Positions 1 through 6,250 of a stretch of DNA of 6,540 nt are shown here, piece after piece (positions within the stretch are counted from its first letter, which is position 1; every line of letters begins with the position of its first letter). The position numbers and the translations under genes are program-made. Below the pieces are notes generated by a model. The model was not told the origin of the DNA, made no database searches, and saw only the letters and a program-made list of their open reading frames with translations. The stretch lies in IMG/VR virus record IMGVR_UViG_2711768000_000006, one strand, 5' to 3'. The DNA comes from a virus. Lineage: Duplodnaviria > Heunggongvirae > Uroviricota > Caudoviricetes.

Positions 1-107
1 CTCTCGTCTGGGGAATATCTCCCCGGCAGCCTTCAGGGAAAAATATCATCAGATGGCTGCTTAAAAAAAGAACAAATGGTAGTGTCCGCTATTGCCAGTA
101 CACCTCA
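1..107. repeat. Left arm of a perfect 107-bp inverted repeat (partner 6434..6540)
   Basis: Bases 1-107 are the exact reverse complement of 6434-6540, compared base by base; identity stops at 108 versus 6433. The arm holds 75 bp of upstream sequence plus the first 32 nt of the ORF starting at 76. Confidence 0.95.
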
Positions 108-306
108 TCCATCACCGAAAAAAATTGGCTTTTACACCATTGGCGATAAAAGCATTTACCTGTATGACCTACGCCGCATGGATGAAATCATGGAGGCTCT
201 TGATAATCGTTCGTCGATGGATTGGTGTGTTGCTGTTCATGATATGAATGCAGGGTTTGATGAAAAGATTTTGTTCCCCTCATCAGTTGAAAGCACTGCG
301 GGTTAA
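76..306 (+). CDS. Hypothetical protein, 76 aa; its 5' end lies inside the left inverted-repeat arm
   Basis: ATG-initiated ORF from the six-frame track. No clear Shine-Dalgarno upstream (A-rich aaaaaagaacaa). Co-directional with downstream genes. Product not recognised. Confidence 0.35.
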   Translation: MVVSAIASTPHPSPKKIGFYTIGDKSIYLYDLRRMDEIMEALDNRSSMDWCVAVHDMNAGFDEKILFPSSVESTAG

Positions 307-316
307 GGAGTAACAC

Positions 317-484
317 ATGACCACTATTACCAAAGAACGTATTGAATTGTTCATTAAAAACCCGCTTGAAAACGGGCTTACCCGTGGTGAACAAATGGAA
401 CTGGCACGGATTGCGCTGGCATCGCTGGAAGCAGAGCCGGTTGTGTTCTGGTTTGAAAAATATCAAGAAGGGGCTACGGCATGA
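317..484 (+). CDS. Hypothetical small protein, 55 aa (nin-region type)
   Basis: ATG at 317 preceded by a strong SD AAGGAG (305-310). The stop TGA (482-484) overlaps the next ATG (481-483) in an ATGA arrangement, suggesting translational coupling. Below the 60-aa cutoff of the ORF track. Confidence 0.45.
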   Translation: MTTITKERIELFIKNPLENGLTRGEQMELARIALASLEAEPVVFWFEKYQEGATA

Positions 485-825
485 CGACTTTTACCAGAGA
501 GCAGTTAATAGCTCACGCAGAGGAGACTATTGAAGCACAGAGACTGTGCATACCGGGCACAATCGACCATGACATCATCCGCACATATAAGATGGATATT
601 GCTGTTCTGGAAATCGCACTGGTATCGCTGGCAGCAGAGCCAGCCGGTAAATTGCATGAATACAAACCAGTGGGATATCAGCGTCTGGTCGATGAGTTAA
701 CCATGCTGGTAAAGCAGTTAACCTGGCAACTGAGGAAAGCGAAGCCAGACTGCAAATTACCGGATAAGGCGATGAGTTATCTGGAGCGGAACGGACTGAT
801 AAGCGTGGAGGATATTTTACGATGA
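481..825 (+). CDS. Hypothetical protein, 114 aa
   Basis: ATG overlaps the stop of the upstream ORF (ATGA), with a GAAGGGG SD-like stretch 7 nt upstream. Its stop overlaps the start of the next small ORF. Product not recognised. Confidence 0.5.
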   Translation: MTTFTREQLIAHAEETIEAQRLCIPGTIDHDIIRTYKMDIAVLEIALVSLAAEPAGKLHEYKPVGYQRLVDELTMLVKQLTWQLRKAKPDCKLPDKAMSYLERNGLISVEDILR

Positions 826-905
826 CCTGGCCTGAAGCATTAACAACGGTAGGAATTGCGATGGCGGTGGCGCTGGTGGTGTATTCGATTTGCCGCTGGG
901 GATAA
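822..905 (+). CDS. Possible 27-aa hydrophobic peptide ([27 protein letters not shown])
   Basis: ATG 822-824 overlaps the TGA 823-825 of the upstream ORF. The predicted peptide is dominated by a single hydrophobic helix. Very short, so speculative. Confidence 0.25.
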   Translation: MTWPEALTTVGIAMAVALVVYSICRWG

Positions 906-912
906 AAACGGT

Positions 913-940
913 TTGCGGGAAAAGGAGAGTTAAGTAGAAT
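913..940 (+). promoter_or_regulatory. Candidate sigma70 promoter for hok mRNA (-35 TTGCGG 913-918, -10 TAGAAT 935-940)
   Basis: 16-bp spacer. The predicted start near 947 coincides with the 5' segment (947-958) that is complementary to the 3' end of the locus. Confidence 0.3.
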
Positions 941-1004
941 TGCAGCGGGTGCTTGAGGCTATCTGTCTCAGGCATGAACACCAAAAGGCAGATAGAGAAA
1001 AGCC

Positions 1005-1068
1005 CCAGTTAACATTACGCGTCCGGCAAGACGCTTAACATTAATCTGAGGCTCAATCTATGAACGGC
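1005..1068 (-). ncRNA. Predicted Sok-like antisense RNA covering the mok-like translation initiation region (boundaries approximate)
   Basis: Minus-strand promoter-like elements: -35 TTGCCT (complement of 1098-1103) and -10 TAACCT (complement of 1075-1080), 17-bp spacer. The transcript would be antisense to the SD and ATG at 1047-1062. This matches the known architecture of hok/sok loci. The 3' end is not defined by a clear terminator. Confidence 0.3.
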
Positions 1069-1116
1069 AAATCTAGGTTAGCCTCTTACGTGCCGAAAGG
1101 CAAGGAGAAGCAGGCT

Positions 1117-1272
1117 ATGAAGCAGCAAAAGGCGATGTTAATCGCCCTGATCGTCATCTGTTTAACCGTCATAGTGACGGCACTGGTAACGAGGAAAGAC
1201 CTCTGCGAGGTACGAATTCGAACCGGCCAGACGGAGGTCGCTGTCTTCACAGCTTACGAACCTGAGGAGTAA
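1117..1272 (+). CDS. hok: Hok/Gef-family type I toxin, 51 aa (HokD/RelF-like)
   Basis: Translation MKQQKAMLIALIVICLTVIVTALVTRKDLCEVRIRTGQTEVAVFTAYEPEE has the Hok-family single transmembrane helix and the conserved TRKxLCE and EVAxF motifs. SD AGGAG lies 9 nt upstream. An in-frame upstream ATG at 1060 with its own SD (mok-like) gives the 70-aa ORF in the track. Confidence 0.9.
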   Translation: MKQQKAMLIALIVICLTVIVTALVTRKDLCEVRIRTGQTEVAVFTAYEPEE

Positions 1273-1341
1273 GAGACCAGGCGGGGGAGAAATCCCTCGC
1301 CACCTCTGATGGGGCAGGCATCCTCAATGCACCCACACTTA

Positions 1342-1367
1342 ACCCGCTTCGGCGGGTTTTTGTTTTT
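1342..1367 (+). terminator. Rho-independent terminator at the 3' end of the hok transcript
   Basis: Stem CCCGC (1343-1347), loop TTCG, stem GCGGG (1352-1356), followed by TTTTTGTTTTTATTTT. Confidence 0.6.
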
Positions 1368-1380
1368 ATTTTCAACGCGT

Positions 1381-1410
1381 TTGAAGTTTTAGATGGTGCC
1401 GGAATAGAAT
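1381..1410 (+). promoter_or_regulatory. Candidate sigma70 promoter (-35 TTGAAG 1381-1386, -10 TAGAAT 1405-1410)
   Basis: 18-bp spacer, located just after the hok terminator and about 80 bp upstream of the ORF starting at 1493. Confidence 0.35.
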
Positions 1411-1492
1411 CAAAAATACTTAAGTAGCGCGCAGGGAGAAGAGGGATGGACCCCGAACAGGGGAGTGCTATTTATCTGGAAGGATTCTGTTG

Positions 1493-1774
1493 ATGAAAAT
1501 CGAAGAATTACGTGAAATTTTTAGTGAAGATGGCCTCTATACTGTGCGCGTTGAGAATGGCGCTATTGTCAGCCACTGCCTTCCAGACTACACAATTCTG
1601 ATAATTCAGCCGTCTTTGCCAGCAGGCACGGGCGGCGCTCTCACGCATTTAAATCTGATTGGTACCAGCATCCCCCATGCACTGAAGAACAGGCCGAATG
1701 GCTCATTCAGTGTTACCGCAGGCGCGGATGCGAGGTTAAAAAAGCCCTTAGCCTCGACTACCGTCACTGGATAA
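1493..1774 (+). CDS. Hypothetical small protein, 93 aa; position matches rem of Qin-type prophages
   Basis: ATG at 1493 with SD GGAAGGA 8 nt upstream (the track starts at the preceding TTG, 1490). The C-terminal half has atypical composition, so the true 3' end is uncertain. The rem assignment is positional only (between hok and the DUF968 gene). Confidence 0.4.
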   Translation: MKIEELREIFSEDGLYTVRVENGAIVSHCLPDYTILIIQPSLPAGTGGALTHLNLIGTSIPHALKNRPNGSFSVTAGADARLKKPLASTTVTG

Positions 1775-1849
1775 TCTCCGTCAGGCTCCCTTACTCCGAA
1801 CGGCCAACGCGTCCGTCCCGCACATTCCAGCAACGGATCTGGAGGTAAT

Positions 1850-2908
1850 GTGCGGGTATTACTTCGACCTGTTCTGGTACCGGAACTCGGTCTGGTTATC
1901 GTTAAGCCAGGCCGTGAATCAATGTCAGCATTCCATAACGGCAGAATACTGGTGGAGCCGGAACCAAAAAGCATGCGTAATCTGCCGTCCGGGGTCGTTC
2001 CTGCCGCTCGCCAGCCGCTGGTGGAAGACAAAACATTGCTGCCGTTTTTCAGTAACGCACGGGTGATTCGTGCTGCTGGTGGTGCTGGTGCATTGTCTGA
2101 CTGGCTGTTGCGCCATATTAAATCCTGCCAGTGGCCACACGGCGATTATCATCACAGCGAAACCGTCATTCACCGTTATGGTACCGGCGCAATGGTGTTG
2201 TGCTGGCACTGCGACAACCAGCTGCGTGACCAGACATCCGAATCACTCGAGCAACTTGCTCATCAAAACCTGTCAGCATGGATGATTGACGTCATCGGTC
2301 ACGCAATAAGCGGTACGCAGGAGCGTGAATTATCTCTGGCTGAATTATCCTGGTGGGCGGTCCGCAATCAGGTGGCGGACGCGCTACCGGAAGCGGTATT
2401 ACGTCGTTCGCTGGGGTTGCGTGCGGAAAAAATTCGCTCTGTGTACAGTGAAAGCGACATCATACCGGGAGAGCAGACAGCCACCAGCATACTGAAGCAG
2501 CGCACAAAAAATATTGCGTTACTGCCTCACGTCCACCAGCAACAGAACCCACCACAGGAAAAGACGGTGGTCAGCATTGCCGTTGATCCGGAGTCACCGG
2601 CTCAGTATCTCCAGCGCCAGAAATCACAACGGGAAGAGATGCCTGTATACACGCGCTGGGTAAAAACGCAGAAATGCATGACGTGTGGCAATCAGGCAGA
2701 TGATCCGCATCACATCATTGGTCATGGACTGGGAGGGATGGGAACAAAGGCTGATGATTTGTTTGTTATTCCGTTATGCCGTAAATGCCGTAACGAACTA
2801 CATGCCGGAGTAAAAGATTTTGAAGAGAAACACGGCAGTCAGCTGTTGTTGCTGATTCGTTTTTTAATGCACGCGAGAAATTCGGGTGTTCTGAAGTGGA
2901 AAGCATAA
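1850..2908 (+). CDS. DUF968/YdfU-like prophage protein with a C-terminal HNH-like Cys/His motif
   Basis: 352-aa ORF. The C-terminus contains CMTCGNQADDPHHIIGHG...PLCRKCRNELHAG (CxxC...HH...CxxC...H). GTG start at 1850 follows GGAGG (1841-1845); an alternative ATG is at 1922. The stop TAA is immediately followed by the rusA ATG. Family assignment is from memory of YdfU-like proteins. Confidence 0.7.
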   Translation: MRVLLRPVLVPELGLVIVKPGRESMSAFHNGRILVEPEPKSMRNLPSGVVPAARQPLVEDKTLLPFFSNARVIRAAGGAGALSDWLLRHIKSCQWPHGDYHHSETVIHRYGTGAMVLCWHCDNQLRDQTSESLEQLAHQNLSAWMIDVIGHAISGTQERELSLAELSWWAVRNQVADALPEAVLRRSLGLRAEKIRSVYSESDIIPGEQTATSILKQRTKNIALLPHVHQQQNPPQEKTVVSIAVDPESPAQYLQRQKSQREEMPVYTRWVKTQKCMTCGNQADDPHHIIGHGLGGMGTKADDLFVIPLCRKCRNELHAGVKDFEEKHGSQLLLLIRFLMHARNSGVLKWKA

Positions 2909-3289
2909 ATGACCGAGCGCATAGAATTTGTTTTACCTTACCCGCCGACGGTGAACACTTACTGGCGTCGTCGTGGCAGCACATATTTTGTATCAAAAGC
3001 CGGGGAGCGTTATCGCCGGGCAGTGGCGCTTATTGTTCGCCAGCAGCGGCTGAAATTAAGCCTGTCCGGAAGGTTGGCAATAAAAATTATTGCAGAACCA
3101 CCGGATAAGCGCCGCCGTGACCTGGACAATATTCTGAAAGCGCCGCTGGATGCGCTGACGCATGCGGGGTTGCTAATGGACGATGAGCAGTTTGATGAAA
3201 TCAATATCGTTCGTGCTCAGCCAGTATCTGGTGGACGTCTGGGGGTGAAGATTTATCCCATAATGCTTGAAGGGCAGGTCAAAAAATGA
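2909..3289 (+). CDS. rusA: Crossover junction endodeoxyribonuclease RusA (Holliday junction resolvase)
   Basis: 126-aa product with RusA hallmarks: N-terminal LPYPPTVNTYWRRRG, the catalytic-region motif PDKRRRDLDNILKAPLDALTHAG, and C-terminal GGRL. Lies directly upstream of the Q candidate, as in lambdoid prophages. Confidence 0.9.
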   Translation: MTERIEFVLPYPPTVNTYWRRRGSTYFVSKAGERYRRAVALIVRQQRLKLSLSGRLAIKIIAEPPDKRRRDLDNILKAPLDALTHAGLLMDDEQFDEINIVRAQPVSGGRLGVKIYPIMLEGQVKK

Positions 3290-4107
3290 AACTGGAAGAT
3301 TTACCGAAATACTACTCCCCAAAATCCCCCGGCCTGACTGATGCATCGGCCTCAACGTCGAAAGATGCGCTGAGTATCACTGATGTGATGGCCGCGCAGG
3401 GCATGACACAGAATCGGGCTGAGATGGGGGTTTCTGCGTTCCTTGGGAAAATGGGCATTAGTATGAATGACAGAGAGCGGGCAACAGAATTGCTGACAGA
3501 ATATGCACTCAGTCGGTGTGATCGCGTGGCGGCGTTAAGAAAACTCCCGGCAGAAATAAAACCGGCAGTGATGCGTATTATGGCTTCGTATGCGTTTGAA
3601 GATTATGCCCGTAGCGCGGCGAGCAAAAAACAGTGCCCCTGCTGTCACGGAAAAAAATTTATTGAAAGCGAGGTTTTTACAAACAAGATCCAGTATCCGG
3701 ATGGTAAGCCGCCGGTATGGGCAAAGTGTACGAAAGGTGTGTATCCGTCTTACTGGGAAGAATGGAAAAAAGTCAGGGAGGTGGTAAAAGTTGCCTGTCC
3801 GGAGTGTGGCGGAAAGGGTGAGGTTTCCACCGCCTGTAAGGATTGCCGTGGGCGTGGTGTCGCCATTCATCGTGAAGAGTCGGTAAAACGTGGTATGCCT
3901 GTTATCAGAGACTGCCAGCGTTGTGGTGGTCGTGGCTATGAAAGACTACCATCAACGGAGGCATTTAATGCTATATGCGAGGTGACAAACCAGATAACAC
4001 GCGCGTCATGGGAAAAAACAGTTAAGAAATTTTATGATGCGCTGGTGACCCGGTTTGATATTGAAGAAGCATGGGCTGAGCGGCAGTTAAAAAAGGTAAC
4101 TAGGTAA
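3286..4107 (+). CDS. Putative late-gene antiterminator Q with DnaJ-like zinc-finger repeats
   Basis: 273-aa ORF whose ATG overlaps the rusA stop (ATGA). Contains CPCCHGKK plus three CxxCxGxG motifs (CPECGGKG, CKDCRGRG, CQRCGGRG). Sits between rusA and a pR'-like promoter and terminator, the canonical Q position. The assignment is positional plus motif-based, not a confirmed match. Confidence 0.6.
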   Translation: MKLEDLPKYYSPKSPGLTDASASTSKDALSITDVMAAQGMTQNRAEMGVSAFLGKMGISMNDRERATELLTEYALSRCDRVAALRKLPAEIKPAVMRIMASYAFEDYARSAASKKQCPCCHGKKFIESEVFTNKIQYPDGKPPVWAKCTKGVYPSYWEEWKKVREVVKVACPECGGKGEVSTACKDCRGRGVAIHREESVKRGMPVIRDCQRCGGRGYERLPSTEAFNAICEVTNQITRASWEKTVKKFYDALVTRFDIEEAWAERQLKKVTR

Positions 4108-4112
4108 CAAGG

Positions 4113-4140
4113 TTGATTTTTCCGGAATCTGTGGTAAATT
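4113..4140 (+). promoter_or_regulatory. pR'-like late promoter (-35 TTGATT 4113-4118, extended -10 TGgTAAATT 4132-4140)
   Basis: 16-bp spacer. The -10 TAAATT with an upstream TG resembles the lambda pR' -10. Begins 6 bp after the Q stop. Confidence 0.5.
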
Positions 4141-4187
4141 CGTTATAACGATGGGCGTTTTATGCCTGACGTTAGAAGAGTTTCTAC

Positions 4188-4212
4188 AACCCGCCGCCGA
4201 GCGGGTTTTTTA
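4188..4212 (+). terminator. tR'-like rho-independent terminator ending a roughly 65-nt leader RNA
   Basis: Stem AACCCGC (4188-4194), loop CGCCGA, stem GCGGGTT, then a T-run (4206-4211). Lies about 50-65 nt downstream of the predicted pR' start, analogous to the short terminated late leader of lambdoid phages. Confidence 0.55.
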
Positions 4213-4331
4213 TGACTGAAATCGCGTCAGTACAGTAAACGCGCTGGTGGCGGTGAATACCTGTCTTTCAGCTTGCTGGCTTTTTCGACAAGAGTTATTG
4301 GTGTGTCACGTTAACCGGAAAAGGAAAAGAC

Positions 4332-4529
4332 ATGCTAAAACAGCAGGATATGACAGAAACCGCCAGAGTGGTGTTTAATGAATTAAGCGTTACCGAACCG
4401 GCGACAGTCGGGGAGATAGCGCAGAATACTTACCTTTCACGCGAACGCTGCCAGTTAATACTGACCCAGCTGGTTATGGCGGGTCTGGCAGACTATCAGT
4501 TCGGTTGTTACAGACGCCTTCCGCAGTGA
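4332..4529 (+). CDS. Small hypothetical protein, 65 aa, possible winged-helix DNA-binding fold
   Basis: ATG with SD AAGGA 6 nt upstream. The segment VGEIAQNTYLSRERCQLILTQLVMAGLADY resembles a helix-turn-helix or winged-helix. A terminator-like hairpin overlaps the stop. Confidence 0.45.
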   Translation: MLKQQDMTETARVVFNELSVTEPATVGEIAQNTYLSRERCQLILTQLVMAGLADYQFGCYRRLPQ

Positions 4530-4540
4530 AGGCTTTTTTA
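4516..4540 (+). terminator. Rho-independent terminator-like hairpin overlapping the stop of the 65-aa ORF
   Basis: Stem GCCTTC (4516-4521), loop CGCAGT, stem GAAGGC (4528-4533), followed by TTTTTTATTT. Confidence 0.45.
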
Positions 4541-4558
4541 TTTGTGGTAAATGGGCGG

Positions 4559-4585
4559 CTGGTGGGTGTTAGGGGCACCCACCAG
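4559..4585. other. Perfect 10-bp stem-loop (CTGGTGGGTG / TTAGGGG / CACCCACCAG) in the leader upstream of the methyltransferase gene
   Basis: Exact reverse-complement arms at 4559-4568 and 4576-4585, with no T-run afterwards. A second near-palindrome lies at 4629-4647 (CTGCTTTGC GCAAAAGCAG). Confidence 0.5.
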
Positions 4586-4679
4586 CCATCTGCTCATGCG
4601 TTGGGTTCACAAGCAAACCTCAGGCCCACTGCTTTGCGCAAAAGCAGAATGAGCCTATCAGAGACAGGCTTAATGATCC

Positions 4680-5738
4680 ATGCTTAATACTGTAAAAATA
4701 TCCAGTTGTGAGTTAATCAACGCCGACTGCCTGGAATTTATCCGGTCGTTACCCGAAAATTCTGTTGACCTGATAGTCACGGACCCGCCGTACTTTAAAG
4801 TGAAGCCTGAGGGCTGGGATAACCAGTGGAAGGGCGACGATGATTACCTGAAGTGGCTGGACCAGTGTCTGGCGCAGTTCTGGCGGGTGCTGAAACCTGC
4901 CGGAAGTCTTTACCTGTTCTGTGGTCATCGCCTGGCATCTGATATCGAAATCATGATGCGTGAACGCTTCAGTGTGCTGAACCATATTATCTGGGCGAAG
5001 CCGTCCGGACGCTGGAACGGATGCAACAAGGAAAGCCTGCGGGCGTATTTCCCCGCCACAGAGCGCATTCTGTTCGCGGAACATTATCAGGGGCCGTATC
5101 GTCCGAAAGATGCCGGGTATGCGGCGAAGGGCAGTGCACTGAAACAGCATGTGATGGCCCCGCTGATTTCTTACTTTCGTGATGCGCGAGCTGCCCTGGG
5201 GATAACGGCAAAACAGATTGCAGATGCCACAGGAAAGAAAAACATGGTGTCGCACTGGTTCAGTGCCGGTCAGTGGCAGTTGCCGAATGAAAGCGATTAT
5301 CTGAAATTACAGGCGCTGTTTGCCCGGGTGGCAGAAGAGAAGCATCGGCGTGGTGAACTGGAAAAGCTCCACCACCAGCTGGTGGATACGTATACCTCAC
5401 TGAACCGGCAGTATGCGGAGCTGCTGAGTGAATATAAACATCTGCGGCGGTATTTTGGCGTGACGGTGCAGGTGCCGTATACCGATGTGTGGACGCATAA
5501 ACCGGTGCAGTTCTATCCCGGGAAACATCCGTGCGAAAAACCGGCAGAAATGCTGCAGCAGATAATCAGCGCTAGCAGTCGTCCGGGTGACCTGATTGCA
5601 GATTTTTTCATGGGGTTGGGTTCGACAGTGAAAGCGGCACTGGCGCTCGGGCGTCGTGCAATTGGCGTTGAGCTGGAGACTGAACGTTTTGAGCAGACGG
5701 TTCGGGAAGTACAGGATTTAGTCAGCCAGAACGGATGA
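4680..5738 (+). CDS. DNA amino-methyltransferase (N6-adenine or N4-cytosine), beta-class motif order, no adjacent restriction enzyme
   Basis: 352-aa ORF with motif IV DLIVTDPPYF near the N-terminus and the AdoMet-binding motif I DFFMGLGST near the C-terminus (motif IV before motif I). The long middle region contains an HTH-like segment (LGITAKQIADATGKK). No cognate endonuclease ORF is present. Confidence 0.85.
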   Translation: MLNTVKISSCELINADCLEFIRSLPENSVDLIVTDPPYFKVKPEGWDNQWKGDDDYLKWLDQCLAQFWRVLKPAGSLYLFCGHRLASDIEIMMRERFSVLNHIIWAKPSGRWNGCNKESLRAYFPATERILFAEHYQGPYRPKDAGYAAKGSALKQHVMAPLISYFRDARAALGITAKQIADATGKKNMVSHWFSAGQWQLPNESDYLKLQALFARVAEEKHRRGELEKLHHQLVDTYTSLNRQYAELLSEYKHLRRYFGVTVQVPYTDVWTHKPVQFYPGKHPCEKPAEMLQQIISASSRPGDLIADFFMGLGSTVKAALALGRRAIGVELETERFEQTVREVQDLVSQNG

Positions 5739-5778
5739 TATTGAAGAATTAATTACGCGTCGTTATTATGCGGCTCCC

Positions 5779-5854
5779 GGCCCTTTAGCTCAGTGGTGAG
5801 AGCGAGCGACTCATAATCGCCAGGTCGCTGGTTCAAATCCAGCAAGGGCCACCA
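5779..5854 (+). tRNA. tRNA-Ile2 (anticodon CAT, lysidine type), ileX/ileZ-like, with encoded CCA
   Basis: Manual cloverleaf: acceptor GGCCCTT/AAGGGCC, D-arm GCTC..GAGC, anticodon loop CTCATAA, T-arm GCTGG TTCAAAT CCAGC, discriminator A, CCA. Closely resembles E. coli ileX as recalled. By anticodon alone it could also be scored as Met. Confidence 0.8.
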
Positions 5855-5861
5855 TCACATA

Positions 5862-5938
5862 CCGCCATTAGCTCATCAGGAAAGAGCGCCAGCCTTCGAA
5901 GCTGGCTGCGCGGGGTTCAAGTCCCCGATGGCGGTCCA
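5862..5938 (+). tRNA. tRNA-Arg (anticodon TCG), with encoded CCA
   Basis: Manual cloverleaf: acceptor CCGCCAT/ATGGCGG (7 perfect pairs), D-arm GCTC..GAGC, anticodon stem CCAGC/GCTGG with loop CTTCGAA, T-arm CGGGG TTCAAGT CCCCG, discriminator T, CCA. The C1-G72 start is unusual but it folds cleanly. Confidence 0.7.
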
Positions 5939-5951
5939 TTATCTGCATCAT

Positions 5952-6009
5952 GCGTTGTTAGCTCAGCCGGACAGAGCAATTGCCTTCTAAGCAATCGGTC
6001 ACTGGTTCG
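5952..6009 (+). pseudogene. 3'-truncated tRNA-Arg (anticodon TCT), argU/argO-like; breaks in the T-loop
   Basis: Acceptor 5' strand GCGTTGT, D-arm GCTC..GAGC, anticodon stem ATTGC/GCAAT with loop CTTCTAA, and the T-stem 5' strand ACTGG followed by TTCG are intact. The expected T-stem 3' strand and acceptor 3' strand (ACAACGC) are absent and replaced by CTTTTGCGGGCCTTTTTTTT. Confidence 0.6.
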
Positions 6010-6227
6010 CTTTTGCGGGCCTTTTTTTTAAATGTCTCACAATTCAGACGGTTGACAGTTGTCTGTTTTGCGGGGAGTTTGTTAAAAGAAACTGGCATGG
6101 TGAATCCCCCTGTGCGGAGGGGCAATCAGCGAGTAGGTATATGGGATAATCGCGGATTCAGGTGCTGGTACTGAATTCACCGGGAGGCACCCGGCATCAT
6201 GCAATGGCACATAGCGCCACTCTCCAG

Positions 6228-6250
6228 CCCTCTCCGGAGGGGCTTTTCTG
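6228..6250 (+). terminator. Weak terminator-like hairpin (CCCTC / TCCG / GAGGG followed by GCTTTTCT)
   Basis: 5-bp GC-rich stem with tetraloop and a short T-rich tail, in an otherwise ORF-free region. Weak. Confidence 0.25.

Noticed and set aside
1772-1852. The ORF at 1493-1774 and the DUF968 ORF at 1850-2908 are in the same frame, separated by a single TAA and 25 stop-free codons; considered as an interrupted single gene or programmed readthrough
   Set aside because: Sharing a frame has a 1-in-3 chance and 25 stop-free codons is not unusual. The DUF968 ORF has its own GGAGG followed by a GTG start, so two separate genes is the simpler reading. Not excluded, but unsupported.
4130-4555. Repeated 10-mer TGTGGTAAAT at the pR'-like -10 (4131-4140) and again at 4543-4552, considered as a second late promoter or Q-utilisation site
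   Set aside because: Roughly 20 exact 10-mer repeats are expected by chance in a 6.5-kb window, and the second copy has no recognisable -35. Mentioned only because it sits just before the 10-bp hairpin.
188-5255. Minus-strand ORFs from the six-frame track (188-466, 1606-2031, 1925-2209, 2766-2996, 3010-3204, 3173-3355, 3535-3870, 4749-5255, 4987-5211)
   Set aside because: Each lies entirely antisense to a better-supported + strand gene (RBS, overlap coupling, recognisable family motifs). Their translations are low-complexity and unrecognisable, so they are most likely shadow ORFs.
5779-5854. Calling the first tRNA as tRNA-Met because of its CAT anticodon
   Set aside because: The overall sequence closely resembles E. 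coli ileX (tRNA-Ile2, lysidine-modified CAU) as I recall it, and Stx-type phages carry an ileZ-like gene at this position. Isoleucine is therefore favoured, though the anticodon alone cannot decide.
342-6174. Alternative-frame + strand ORFs (342-533, 1848-2066, 2070-2285, 2896-3108, 3590-3787, 4505-4687, 5980-6174)
   Set aside because: They overlap better-supported genes in another frame or, for 5980-6174, run across the truncated tRNA. They lack a convincing RBS and recognisable motifs.
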